DNA of 64,000 nucleotides from Escherichia coli (GTDB lineage Bacteria; Pseudomonadota; Gammaproteobacteria; Enterobacterales; Enterobacteriaceae): NCBI RefSeq assembly GCF_044324875.1, contig NZ_CP172185.1; one strand, 5' to 3'. Shown piece by piece: positions 21,550 to 33,851 of this stretch (position 1 is its first letter; each line of letters starts with the position of its first letter). The notes under the pieces were generated by a model. It saw only the letters and a program-made list of their open reading frames with translations, ran no database searches and was not told where the DNA came from. The position numbers and the translations under genes were made by a program.

Positions 21550-24009
21550 TTACCCCTGAACCTTTTTTACTTCCGCACCAAGAATCTGCGCAATCAAACC
21601 TTCGGCTTTTTGTTCTAGGTTGATGATGTCGGTTGCGACCTCTTCTAAACTACGCAGCGGTTTATGACGGTAGAAATACTTATTGAAGCTGATTTCATAG
21701 CCAATTTTTACCGTATCTAGGTTTATCCATGCTTCATCGACATGAGGCTTCACTTCATCTAGGAAGTACTGGTAAATGCTTTGCTTTAATGGAACAGATT
21801 CTGTATCTCGCAGGTCTGAATTGGTCTCGTAAGTGATATACTCGCCTTTTTTACCGCCTTCTGCTGAAGGAACGGGGTAATAACCAAAATCTGGCAAGTC
21901 AGCGACTTCACACTCATAGCGCTCCAGCAGGTCGTTTAATTTATCACCCGTTAATTTAACTACCTTTTTAACCACTTTCTTGGCGGTTTCGTCATACCAG
22001 CTCACCGCGTGAAGAATGGCATTTTTCTCAGGTGCTGAAAGCTTAATAGCATGGGCTTTTAGCGATTTATCAACTTGGGTTTTAAAGCTATTGAAGTCAT
22101 CAAATTCAATGCTACCGATGTCAGCCATCAGCGTTTGTGCAGTTTCAAGCAATGCTTTTAGCGCCAGCCAGTGTTTCACATCAAGCAGTTTGGCCTTAGC
22201 CTTAGCATTGAGACTGATGTCGTTATCTTCACACCAAGAAAGAATGTCTTTCTCGATGGATTTTAAGAAGCTCTTTTTCTGATCTGACCCGTAGCCAGTT
22301 TTTTCGTAAACACGTTCGCCGTGCTCTGCGTACACGTACTCCATCACTTCACTAAGTTGCTTATCAAAACGCAGTGGGGCTATGGCATCTTGAGTAAACT
22401 TGGCTTTGCGGCGATCTGGGCGCTCGATAGTGACTTTGTAGTAGCCAAAGTCGTCATTACTAAAGACCTTACTGGCGATACCGATAGGATCATTGTTTGC
22501 ATCAAGTGCTCTTTCAACGTCCACACACGCGAGGTAAGTATCGGTGATTTCCGTGATGTGCTCAGGCGCAAATTCGCAGTTTTTGTTACCTAAGTTCTTA
22601 CGCAACTTACGGTATAGCAAGCTGGCATCAATCAGTTGCACCTTACCTTTACGTGCCTCAGGTTTATTGTTGCTCAACACCCAAATGTAAGTGGTAATGC
22701 CGGTGTTGTAGAACAGGTTATTTGGTAACTGAACGATGGCATCTAGCATGTCGTTTTCAATGATGAAGCGACGAATGTTACTTTCGCCACCGCCCGCATC
22801 ACCGGTAAAGAGCGATGAGCCGTTATGAACAGAAGCAATCCGGCTGCCTAATGGGCTTACGCTCGGATCTTTCATCTTGTTGACCATTTCCATTAAAAAG
22901 AGCAGCTGGCCATCACTTGAACGTGGCGTGGCATCCACCACTTCGAGATTTCCCCAATAGTCTTTCAGGCTAACCTTAAAACGTGGGTCAATCACGTCAC
23001 TACCGTCTTTAATATGCTTCTGTTCAGACGCCCAACTCTTACCGTATGGCGGGTTAGACAACATAAAGTCAAAGCGAGAAGCCGCAAACTCGTCGGTAGA
23101 CAAGGTTGAGCCTACCTTGATGTTCTCAGGGTTGTTACCTTTGATCATCATGTCCGATTTACAAATCGCGTAGGTCTCGTCATTGATCTCTTTGCCGTAA
23201 AGGTAAATATCTCGGCTGTCGTTCGGGTATTTCTCTTCAATGAAGTTTTGAGATTCAGTGAGCATACCACCGCTACCACACGCAGGGTCGTAAACGGTCA
23301 TGGTCAATGGTAGCTGCTCTTTCACTGGGTCAAAAACCAAGTGTGTCATCAGCTCAATCACTTCCCTAGGTGTAAAGTGCTCACCGGCTTCTTCGTTATT
23401 CTCCTCGTTGAACTTACGGATCAACTCTTCGAACACGTACCCCATACCCAGGTTAGTAAGGGCTGGCATCTTGTTGCCATCTGGGTCTTCGATCGTTTCA
23501 TGAGTTAAGTTGATGTAAGGGGAAACAAACTTTTCGACGACATCAAGAAGGACTTGCTTTGAGGCCATGTGACGAATTTGCGACTTGAGGTTAAAGCATT
23601 CAATGATTTCTTTAACATTATCGCTAAAGCCAAGCAGGTACTCTTCAAAGTTGGCGAGTAATATCTGTTGGTTATTCGTTGCGGTGTTGAACAGGGATTT
23701 CAGGGTCCATTTAGATGTATTGTAAAAAACATAACCACTAGCCGCCTTCAATGGTTCATCATCAAGCTCCGTGGCTTGCATCTCTTCTTTTTGGAACTTG
23801 ACCTCTTCAAGCACGGCTTCTTTGGTGGGTTCAAGTAACGTATCTAAACGTCGTAATACCACCATAGGTAAAATCACATCGCGGTACTTACCGCGAACGT
23901 ACACATCACGTAAACAGTCGTCGGCAATGTTCCAAATAAATGAGATGAGCTTGTTATGTACACTATGATCCATTTTCTTTTCCTGTTCAGTGTTGGTTGC
24001 ACCCCACAA
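21550..24009 (-). CDS. hsdM: Type I restriction-modification N6-adenine DNA methyltransferase subunit (HsdM), long form
   Basis: 819-aa ORF with AdoMet motif DPACGSGGML and catalytic NPPYG (FMLSNPPYGKSW); true start may be the Met 12 codons downstream (MDHSVHNKLISFIWNIAD). Confidence 0.85.
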   Translation of the reverse strand: MWGATNTEQEKKMDHSVHNKLISFIWNIADDCLRDVYVRGKYRDVILPMVVLRRLDTLLEPTKEAVLEEVKFQKEEMQATELDDEPLKAASGYVFYNTSKWTLKSLFNTATNNQQILLANFEEYLLGFSDNVKEIIECFNLKSQIRHMASKQVLLDVVEKFVSPYINLTHETIEDPDGNKMPALTNLGMGYVFEELIRKFNEENNEEAGEHFTPREVIELMTHLVFDPVKEQLPLTMTVYDPACGSGGMLTESQNFIEEKYPNDSRDIYLYGKEINDETYAICKSDMMIKGNNPENIKVGSTLSTDEFAASRFDFMLSNPPYGKSWASEQKHIKDGSDVIDPRFKVSLKDYWGNLEVVDATPRSSDGQLLFLMEMVNKMKDPSVSPLGSRIASVHNGSSLFTGDAGGGESNIRRFIIENDMLDAIVQLPNNLFYNTGITTYIWVLSNNKPEARKGKVQLIDASLLYRKLRKNLGNKNCEFAPEHITEITDTYLACVDVERALDANNDPIGIASKVFSNDDFGYYKVTIERPDRRKAKFTQDAIAPLRFDKQLSEVMEYVYAEHGERVYEKTGYGSDQKKSFLKSIEKDILSWCEDNDISLNAKAKAKLLDVKHWLALKALLETAQTLMADIGSIEFDDFNSFKTQVDKSLKAHAIKLSAPEKNAILHAVSWYDETAKKVVKKVVKLTGDKLNDLLERYECEVADLPDFGYYPVPSAEGGKKGEYITYETNSDLRDTESVPLKQSIYQYFLDEVKPHVDEAWINLDTVKIGYEISFNKYFYRHKPLRSLEEVATDIINLEQKAEGLIAQILGAEVKKVQG

Positions 24010-24133
24010 AGTTGCTGCAACGGCTTCACTATAAATTTAAAATTCTGTTCTTTCTGTAACGCCTAAATGGCCGCTACATCGTTCGATTAACTTGTTCTAC
24101 CCGGCGCTAGATTTAAGTTTATGACACCATAAA

Positions 24134-24181
24134 GTGAATCGCCACAGGTTTAATAGACTGAATCGCCACAGGTTTAACAGA
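24134..24181. repeat. Two tandem 24-bp direct repeats TGAATCGCCACAGGTTTAA(T/C)AGAC upstream of hsdM
   Basis: Read directly; 23/24 identical, 125-170 bp upstream of the hsdM start on the coding strand. Confidence 0.5.
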
Positions 24182-24201
24182 CACCTCAGAGTCATTTAAG
24201 A

Positions 24202-24717
<516 letters not shown>

Positions 24718-24779
24718 CTATTTCCCTGCCTCTCCTCCCCGAACCGGACGTGCACCTTTCAGCGCATCCGGCTCTCCAT

Positions 24780-25166
24780 TTAAATGCTGGCGAACGCCAT
24801 TGCCACTTCTGTAAAGCGCGATGTATACGTGTTTCTGGTCTCCGTCCTCAGATAGGGATTACCTTCGGGTAGCCGCCAGCGGAACAGCTTCTTGCCTTGC
24901 CCCACCAACCGGTACAGTATTTCGCCGCTGAGCTTGCCGTGATTGGTTTTACCAAATAAAACCCACGTTTTGCTCTGACCCGGTTTCGGTGATTTACACC
25001 ACCACCTCATCAGGGAAGCGATACCTGTACGGTATTTGCGGGCCAGCCAGTGAGCCAGCTTCCAGAACACGACACGGTCGATATAACTGAAGACTTTGGC
25101 CTTAAAATCAACGAACTGATAGAACATGGCCCAGCCTTTCAGTTTTCGGTTGAGTTGTTCAGCCAT
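24780..25166 (-). pseudogene. Group II intron maturase (X) domain in a different frame from the RT ORF
   Basis: 128-aa ORF; RT ORF ends at 25208 in another frame, so the intron protein is probably frameshifted. Confidence 0.6.
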
Positions 25167-25207
25167 ATCGACTTTGCTTTCACTGTAGTTGCCTGATAAC
25201 AGTGCTG

Positions 25208-26302
25208 TCAGCGATGCGGCGAAGTTTCTGGCTTTCTCCTGCGGGACGTTGAGACCACTCGCATCTCGCCATAACGACTGCGTTTGCGAATGATCCTGTG
25301 CCCCAGAAAGATAAAGCCGTCATTAACATGGGTGATTTTAGTCTTATCCATGTTCAGCCTGAGTTTCAGACTGCCTTCGAGCACACCCCGACACTCCTCC
25401 CTGATGGCTTCCGCCTGTGCTTTGGTGCCTTTGACGATGAGGACAAAATCATCGGCATAGCGGCAGTACGCCACCGCGGGTTTCCACTGCCAGTTTTCTC
25501 TGACCGCCGTACTTCGGCCCCGTTGGATACTGTTATTCCAGTACCACCGATCTTTTCTGGCTTTCCCGCTCAGGTAGCGCTCATGCAGGTATTGATCGAA
25601 CTCATTCAGCATGATGTTCGATAATAGCGGCGATATAACACCGCCCTGTGGCACACCTTCACTGGCCGCCCGAAAGAGACCGACATCGATATGTCCCGCC
25701 TTGATGGTTTTCCACAGCAGAGTCATGAAACGTGCGTCACTGATCCTGCGGCGTACAGCCTTCATCAGCAGTCGATGATGTACGGTGTCGAAGTAACTGG
25801 ACAGGTCGCCTTCAATCACCCAGCGTCCCCGGGTTTCACCACAGTCTGTGAGCTGTAATTTCACCGTGCGGATAGCGTGGTGGACACTGCGCTCAGGCCG
25901 GAAGCCATATGAGAGCGTATGAAAATCACTCTCCCATATCGGCTCCATCGCCATCAGCATGGCCCGCTGAACAATACGATCCCGCAACGTGGGGATACCC
26001 AGTGGTCGCAGTTTGCCGTTGCTTTTAGGGATGTAAACCCGTCTGGCGGGCAAGGGCTGGTAGTGGCCTGAGAGTAATTCATCCCTGAGGATTTGCAGCT
26101 CAACAGCCAGTCTGGCCTGTAGCATTATTTTGTTCACGCCATCAACGCCGGGGGTATGGGCCCCCTTTGATGAAAGCGTGATCCGCGCCGCTTCAGCCAG
26201 CCATTCTGGTTGTGTTATCAGACGCAGCAGCCGTTGAATCCGTAGGGACGGATCGGTGGCTGCCCATGTGGCAAGCTTGCGTTGCATTTCGCTGATTATC
26301 AA
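25208..26302 (-). CDS. Group II intron-encoded reverse transcriptase (RT domain), separated from the maturase domain by a frame change
   Basis: 364-aa ORF with RT motifs (RPLGIPTLRDRIVQ, GVPQGGVISPLLSN, YCRYADDFVLIV); the final residues look out-of-frame. Confidence 0.75.
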   Translation of the reverse strand: MIISEMQRKLATWAATDPSLRIQRLLRLITQPEWLAEAARITLSSKGAHTPGVDGVNKIMLQARLAVELQILRDELLSGHYQPLPARRVYIPKSNGKLRPLGIPTLRDRIVQRAMLMAMEPIWESDFHTLSYGFRPERSVHHAIRTVKLQLTDCGETRGRWVIEGDLSSYFDTVHHRLLMKAVRRRISDARFMTLLWKTIKAGHIDVGLFRAASEGVPQGGVISPLLSNIMLNEFDQYLHERYLSGKARKDRWYWNNSIQRGRSTAVRENWQWKPAVAYCRYADDFVLIVKGTKAQAEAIREECRGVLEGSLKLRLNMDKTKITHVNDGFIFLGHRIIRKRSRYGEMRVVSTSRRRKPETSPHR

Positions 26303-26958
26303 AGGTCTTCACCTCGTTAGGTCAGTTAATTCACGTCGCAAACACATTCAAACTGCTTCCCTTCGCCATGTAATGGGCTTTCCCCATCGCGGACTACTAC
26401 GGAAGCTCCGCCAGCCAGCGCGTCATCGGAGCCATGCCCCCTTAACATCCGTCGCTGACCTTCCCCGGTTTACCGGCCTGGACTCAGGCATACTGAGGAG
26501 GCTGCCCGTCGCACTCTTTATCCTTGCTTGCCGCAAGTTGGCAGAAGTCAGCAACGCAAGCGTGATAGACGCTGCTGCCCCGGTGTTTCGTATACATGTC
26601 AAAACACCTTCGACCGGCAGTGCTTACGTATCACTGCCAGTTCCTCCTGCACGGCCTGTCAGATCACGTAGGCCGTGGTGACGTTTTCAACCCACAGAGG
26701 CGGATTAACGGGTTCATGTTCTTCAGCCTTTCAGTACTTAACCTTGAGGATCATCTCGGCTTAGTGATCTCGCCTCAATCCCCGTTGTCAGCGGGTTACA
26801 TCACCCTGCGGGCATGCCGCAGGTCACTGCCGCTCAGGTTCTCCACCGTCACACCCGGTGGGATTGTTGGGTTTCTCATCGTGAGTTACCGGTTCAATAT
26901 TCCAGACAGACTCGCGGTTCATTTAAGCATCCATGCCCGCCCTGAACTCCGGGCACAC

Positions 26959-27753
26959 CGTAAGTAAAATCAGCCACCCACAACTGGTCAGGACGTTCTG
27001 CCACAAACTGACGGTTTACGCGGTCGCCTGCGGCAACGGCTTTCCGGCTGACGGTAGTGCGGACCTTTTTACCCCGGAGAACACCGGCAAGTCCCATAAC
27101 CGCCATGAGGCGCGCCACTGTACATCTGGCTACCCTGATTCCTTCCCGTAACAACTGACGCCAGACTTTACGCACACCGTATACCTGATGATTCCCATCG
27201 TATACGCGCAGTATCTCTTTCTTCAGCCAGTCATCGCGCTGCGCACGGGCACTGCGTTTATCCGGATGATGTCGCTGTTGCTGACAGTGGTAATACGTTG
27301 ACGGGGCAATATGTAGTTCACTGCATACCGGTCCGACCCCGTACAGCTTACGCAGCTTATCCAGCAGTGGCATCACTTTTTCCAGAGGCGGTCGAACTCC
27401 ACCTTCGCAAAATAAGCGGAAGCCTGGCGAAGGATATCGTTACTGCGGCGCAGTTCACGATTTTCACGTTCCAGCTCTTTCAGACGCTGACGTTCAGCGG
27501 TGGTGAGCCCGCCATCACCGCCTCCGGTATCCCGCTCATGCTGGCGCACCCAGACACGCAGAGTCTCCGGTGTACAGCCAATCTTTGGGGCAATGGAACA
27601 AATTGCCGCCCACTGTGAGTCATATTCGCCCTGACTTTCCAGAACCATACGAATCGCCCTCTGACGGACTTCGGGGGAAAAACGAGTATTTTTAGTCATT
27701 CTGTTTACCTCTTTCTCAGGGAGTTTAGTCTCCAGGATTCCCGGGGCGGTTCA
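26959..27753 (-). mobile_element. IS629 partial copy 5 (left end, orfA, orfB 5' part) truncated at the intron insertion site
   Basis: Terminal repeat ends at 27753; orfA 27373..27699 (one substitution A to V); orfB codons ..[10 protein letters not shown] then intron 5' end. Confidence 0.8.
27373..27699 (-). CDS. IS629 transposase OrfA (copy 5)
   Basis: 108-aa ORF, 1 aa different from other copies. Confidence 0.8.
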   Translation of the reverse strand: MTKNTRFSPEVRQRAIRMVLESQGEYDSQWAAICSIAPKIGCTPETLRVWVRQHERDTGGGDGGLTTAERQRLKELERENRELRRSNDILRQASAYFAKVEFDRLWKK

Positions 27754-28354
27754 GAATAACGGAAGCCGCGTGTATGGCTCATGCCCGGAGAAAAATCCAC
27801 GATGTGCATGCAAGAGCGCCCACCGACATCACCACGGAAGCCCTGCAGCGTATCGGTGAACTGTATGCCATCGAGGCAGAGGTCCGGGGCTGTTCAGCAG
27901 AACAGCGTCTGGCGGCAAGAAAAACCAGAGCCGCGCCACTGATGCAGTCACTGTATGACTGGATACAGCAACAGATGAAAACACTGTCGCGTCACTCAGA
28001 TACGGCAAAAGCGTTCGCATACCTGCTGAAACAGTGGGATGCACTGAACGTGTACTGCAGTAATGGCTGGGTGGAAATCGACAACAACATCGCAGAGAAC
28101 GCCTTACGGGGAGTGGCCGTAGGCCGGAAAAACTGGATGTTCGCGGGTTCCGACAGCGGTGGTGAACATGCGGCGGTGTTGTACTCGCTGATCGGCACAT
28201 GCCGTCTGAACAATGTGGAGCCAGAAAAGTGGCTGCGCTACGTCATTGAACATATCCAGGACTGGCCGGCAAACCGGGTACGCGATCTGTTGCCCTGGAA
28301 AGTTGATCTGAGCTCTCAGTAAATATCAATACGGTTCTGACGAGCCGCTTACGG
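27754..28354 (+). mobile_element. IS66-family element 3' fragment (tnpC C-terminal 182 codons plus terminal repeat)
   Basis: ORF 27774..28322 resembles the TnpC C-terminus of the 7518..9131 gene (..[10 protein letters not shown].., ..LIGTCRLN..); CGCTTAC end motif at 28348-28354. Confidence 0.65.
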
Positions 28355-29340
28355 CCGTTATCAACGGCGCCCGGAAAAGTCAGGCTTGTAGGTGTATCGG
28401 TATTTCTATTCGGACACTTCAGCGCTGGACTAATGGCAACGTCATCACCACGGACCGAAGATCCGATACTGTAAACAGATCTCCCCGAAATAAGCTGTCA
28501 GAAGCGGAAAGATTGCGGATACTGGAGTTGTGCAACTCTCCAGAGTTTGCATCCTTACCTCCAAATGTGATCGTACCAACTCTGGCAGACAGGGGTATTT
28601 ATATTGCTTCTGAATCAAGCTTTTATCGTGTACTGAAATCAGCCAACCAGTTGAAGAAACGCTCCCGTGAATGTCAGTATAAACGGCCTGATGTACTCAG
28701 GGCCGTTGCACCGAATCAAGTCTGGAGTTGGGACATCAGCTATTTGCCGTCCTGGGTCAGAGGTCAGCATTTTTACCTCTATATGATCGTCGATATTTAC
28801 AGTCGCAAGATTATTGCTGCAGAGGTATTTGCCAGCGAATCTGGAAAACATGCAGCAGAACTACTCCAGCGGGCAGTATGGAATGAAAAATGTTCATCCA
28901 ACAATCTGGTACTCCATTCTGATAATGGTGGTCCCATGCGCAGTTACACGTTGTTGGCGAAAATGTATGCGCTTGGTGTGCTAAGTTCTTATTCCCGGCC
29001 AAGAGTCAGCAATGATAATCCTTACTCAGAATCTTTGTTCCGGACTCTCAAATATTGTCCCTGGTGGCCTGAGAACGGTTTTCGCACTATTAATGATGCC
29101 AGAGTATGGGTAAACCGTTTTGTAAACTGGTACAACTTTGAACATAAGCACAGCGGGATCAAATACGTCACGCCAGCCGAGCGTCATCAAGGTAATGATA
29201 TGAAAATACTGGCGGCCAGAAAAGCAGTATACCAGCTAGCACGCGAACAGCATCCTGAACGTTGGGGAAAGCATCTACGTAACTGGGACTACATATCAGA
29301 AGTTTACCTGAATCCAGAAAAAGAGGCTGCATAACGTAAT
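28355..29340 (+). mobile_element. IS3-family element fragment (orfA 3' part and orfB), 5'-truncated
   Basis: ORF 28513..29334 has the IS3-family integrase core (HSDNGGPM, SNDNPYSESLFRTLK); upstream frame encodes a helix-turn-helix remnant without a start. Confidence 0.6.
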
Positions 29341-29365
29341 TTTATTACAAAAGGCGACAACTACC

Positions 29366-29902
29366 TTGAAAAACGCCGCCAAACTGCGATCGATTCAGAT
29401 GCCATTTTGCACCATCAACACAGTATATCCGAAGGCCCGCATCCAGTTATGCGTCGTGCATATGGTGCGCAACAGCCTGCGCTTCGTGTCATGGAAGGAC
29501 TACAAGGCCGTCACTCGCGACCTGAAAGCGATTTATCAGGCTCCCACGGAAGAGGCAGGTCAGCAGGCACTGGAAGCGTTCGCTGCGGCCTGGGACAGTC
29601 GCTATCCTCAGATAAGCCGAAGCTGGCAGGCTAACTGGCCGAATCTTGCCACGTTCTTCGCTTATCCAACGGACATCCGCAAAGTGATCTATACGACGAA
29701 TGCCATCGAGTCGCTAAACAGCGTGATCCGCCATGCGATCAAAAAGCGTAAAGTGTTCCCGACAGACGACTCGGTGAAAAAAGTGGTGTGGCTGGCAATC
29801 CAGTCTGCGTCCCAGAAATGGACGATGCCGTTGAAGGACTGGCGAATGGCAATGAGCCGCTTTATTATCGAGTTCGGTGACCGCCTGGACGGTCACTTCT
29901 GA
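29366..29902 (+). pseudogene. IS256-family transposase C-terminal fragment
   Basis: 178-aa ORF with the mutator-type C-terminal signature (YTTNAIESLNSVIR); no N-terminal catalytic part upstream. Confidence 0.6.
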
Positions 29903-30138
29903 GAAAAGGCATTTACACAGAATCCTAAACAGGCTCCCGTCACGATACCCGGTATCAATCAATGAAGTCCATTTAATTGATGACGTCGAAGTTATGGCAT
30001 GTGTGACGATGCTGAGAAAGCGCCCTTTTTCAGGTGTTTTTTTAATCTTTTTGGGGTTTAAATTCCTATTGATGAACAACGCTTTCATTTACGGGACAAT
30101 GACCGGCAACGCTCCCGGTACACCGGGAGCGTTAGTGT

Positions 30139-31686
<1,548 letters not shown>

Positions 31687-31734
31687 TCACCCGCAACAAA
31701 AATGACGTGCACAACGGTTACGGGCAGGAAACGG

Positions 31735-32661
31735 TCAGGGGTGTTTCAGTAAATCCTGGCGACGGGGTAACGCTGTCATGGCACCTTTTGCTGTCGTGGC
31801 AAGCGCACCACAGCGCTGGGCCTGTTCGATGACGGATGCGAGTGCCTGCTCACCGGAGGGCATCCCCTCTGCCGCCAGCGCTGCCAGCAGACCTGCCACG
31901 AAGGCGTCACCGGCACCGGTCGTGTCCACACTCACCACCGGTGTTGCCGGGAAGTACAGGTTTTTTCCCTGCCAGCGAGCCATCACGCCATCCTTTCCTT
32001 GGGTTACCAGCAGCAGCGCCAGGGGATAATGTGATGCCAGAACATCGGTTCCCTTCCGGACATCCTGTTCACCGCTGATAAAGAACAGTTCCTCTTCCGA
32101 TACCTTTGCCACATCCGCCAGCATGAGCGCCCGGTGCAGACACTCACGCAGTTGCGATATGCTCTGCCACAGGTCAGTCCGGATGTTGGGGTCAAAGCTG
32201 ACCCTGCCGCCAGCCTGCCGGATGTTCTCCATGGCCTGAAACGTGGCGCTGCGGCAGGGCTCTGCACTCAGGGCATTGGAGCAGGTATGCAGCCATTCAC
32301 CGGCACGAAAGGGCGGTAAATCATCAGGGGTAAGGAAAAGGTCTGCCGAAGGGCGCACCATAAATGTGAAGGTTCGTTCACCACCCGGCACCAGCGACAC
32401 CACCACTGTGGAAGTCCGGTACAGAGGGTCGGTATGCATATACGCCGTGTCCACACCCTCATCAGCCAGGGTTTTGCGCATAAAACGCCCGAAAGGGTCA
32501 TCCCCCACACACCCGACAAACCCGCTCAGGCCCCCCAGTCGGGCCACGCCCACGGCAACATTGGCAGGCGCACCACCAGGGCACTGCAACAGCGTGCCCG
32601 GCTTCTCCGGTAATAAATCCACCACGGCATCACCGAGACCCCATACTTTTACTGTACTCAT
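31735..32661 (-). CDS. PfkB-family sugar kinase (fructokinase-like)
   Basis: 308-aa ORF with ribokinase-family motifs (GGAPANVAVGVARLG, DTTGAGDAFVAGLL). Confidence 0.75.
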   Translation of the reverse strand: MSTVKVWGLGDAVVDLLPEKPGTLLQCPGGAPANVAVGVARLGGLSGFVGCVGDDPFGRFMRKTLADEGVDTAYMHTDPLYRTSTVVVSLVPGGERTFTFMVRPSADLFLTPDDLPPFRAGEWLHTCSNALSAEPCRSATFQAMENIRQAGGRVSFDPNIRTDLWQSISQLRECLHRALMLADVAKVSEEELFFISGEQDVRKGTDVLASHYPLALLLVTQGKDGVMARWQGKNLYFPATPVVSVDTTGAGDAFVAGLLAALAAEGMPSGEQALASVIEQAQRCGALATTAKGAMTALPRRQDLLKHP

Positions 32662-32690
32662 TCATACTCCATGATTTTCATCAGTCATAT

Positions 32691-33267
32691 TCAGCGGATG
32701 ACAGACAGCTCAAACATCGCCATATCCGTGGTTCCGGCTGGAATTGGATACCAACCCGCATTCCGGAGCAGGGCAGCGAGGGCAGACACATCGCCGGTCA
32801 GGGGATGCAGCAACCTCCCCTGATAATCAAATGCCGCCTCAAGACGTGAGCGGGAAAGATAAAAGCTGCCGGCATCCCCGTTCGGAACCACGACATTACG
32901 CCCCTCCCATTTCCGGTCGCTCAGTATCCGCCAGCACCAGCCCTGCTCCCTGATGGTTTCCAGGGCGAATGTCAGGCGGAACAGGTCAGTCTGTACCGAC
33001 ACATCACCAGAGCAGGCCTGCCACAGATACTCCAGCCTGCTGCGGATATCTTTCGCCCCGCTTTCACTCTGCAGGGCTCTGATATGTGCGGGGAAAACGG
33101 TGCTGTTTCAGTGCTGTGCTCCGCCAGCGGTTTAGAAACAGGTTTTCCTGGATTTTTGACGCAATCCGGCCATCCCGGCGGGCCAGATGCAGGGCTACCA
33201 GCCCGCACCAGGTCAGATGTGCGGCTTTCCCTGATACCAGCTGCCCGCTGGCGATATTGTCACTCAT
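32691..33267 (-). pseudogene. Hypothetical gene apparently split by a frameshift (ORFs 33064..33267 and 32691..33002)
   Basis: Two adjacent same-strand ORFs in different frames; no family recognised. Confidence 0.3.
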
Positions 33268-33272
33268 GGCGC

Positions 33273-33803
33273 TTACTGGCTGCTGATATCAAAAACCGGT
33301 GTTTCTCCGGCGATGACCGGGCCGGAGAACAGGGTTATCTCCTGGACACGGTCAGAGTCCGCCACAATCACCGGTGTCAGCGTGGACTGTGCTTTCTTCT
33401 GAAGTAACGCAAGGTCAAACCCGATGACGGGGTCACCGGTGCTGATCAGCTGGTCTTCCTGGGCAATACGCCGGAAACCCTCTCCCCTGAGGTCAACTGT
33501 GTTAATACCGAAGTGCACGAACAGTTCAGTGCCACTGTCGGTGCGGATGGAAAACGCGTGGTTTGTCTCCAGTATTTTACCGATAGTGCCGCTGACAGGA
33601 GCCACCAAGGTATCGCCGCCGGAAGGACGGATAGCAATACCATCCCCCACTATTTTCCCGGCAAACACAGCATCCGGAACCGTGTCCAGAGGGACAATTT
33701 CACCGGACAGCGGTGCCATCACGCGGGTGACTTCCGCCGGTTTCTCATTTTCACTTATCAGTTGTTTAATCCTGCCCAGTAATCCCATTGTGCTTTCCTT
33801 CAT
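33273..33803 (-). CDS. PTS EIIA (glucose-family) domain protein
   Basis: 176-aa ORF with the EIIA-Glc pattern (GDGIAIRPSGG...VAPVSG...HAFSIRTDSGTELFVHFGINTV). Confidence 0.7.
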   Translation of the reverse strand: MKESTMGLLGRIKQLISENEKPAEVTRVMAPLSGEIVPLDTVPDAVFAGKIVGDGIAIRPSGGDTLVAPVSGTIGKILETNHAFSIRTDSGTELFVHFGINTVDLRGEGFRRIAQEDQLISTGDPVIGFDLALLQKKAQSTLTPVIVADSDRVQEITLFSGPVIAGETPVFDISSQ

Positions 33804-33851
33804 TACGGGTGAACCGAAAGTACTGCCGTCACCGACGGCAGTGGAATTATT

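Noticed and set aside
21550-24009. The 819-aa HsdM as a fused methyltransferase-specificity or methyltransferase-restriction protein
   Set aside because: Separate hsdS and hsdR genes are present and no nuclease or target-recognition motifs are seen in the C-terminal extension.
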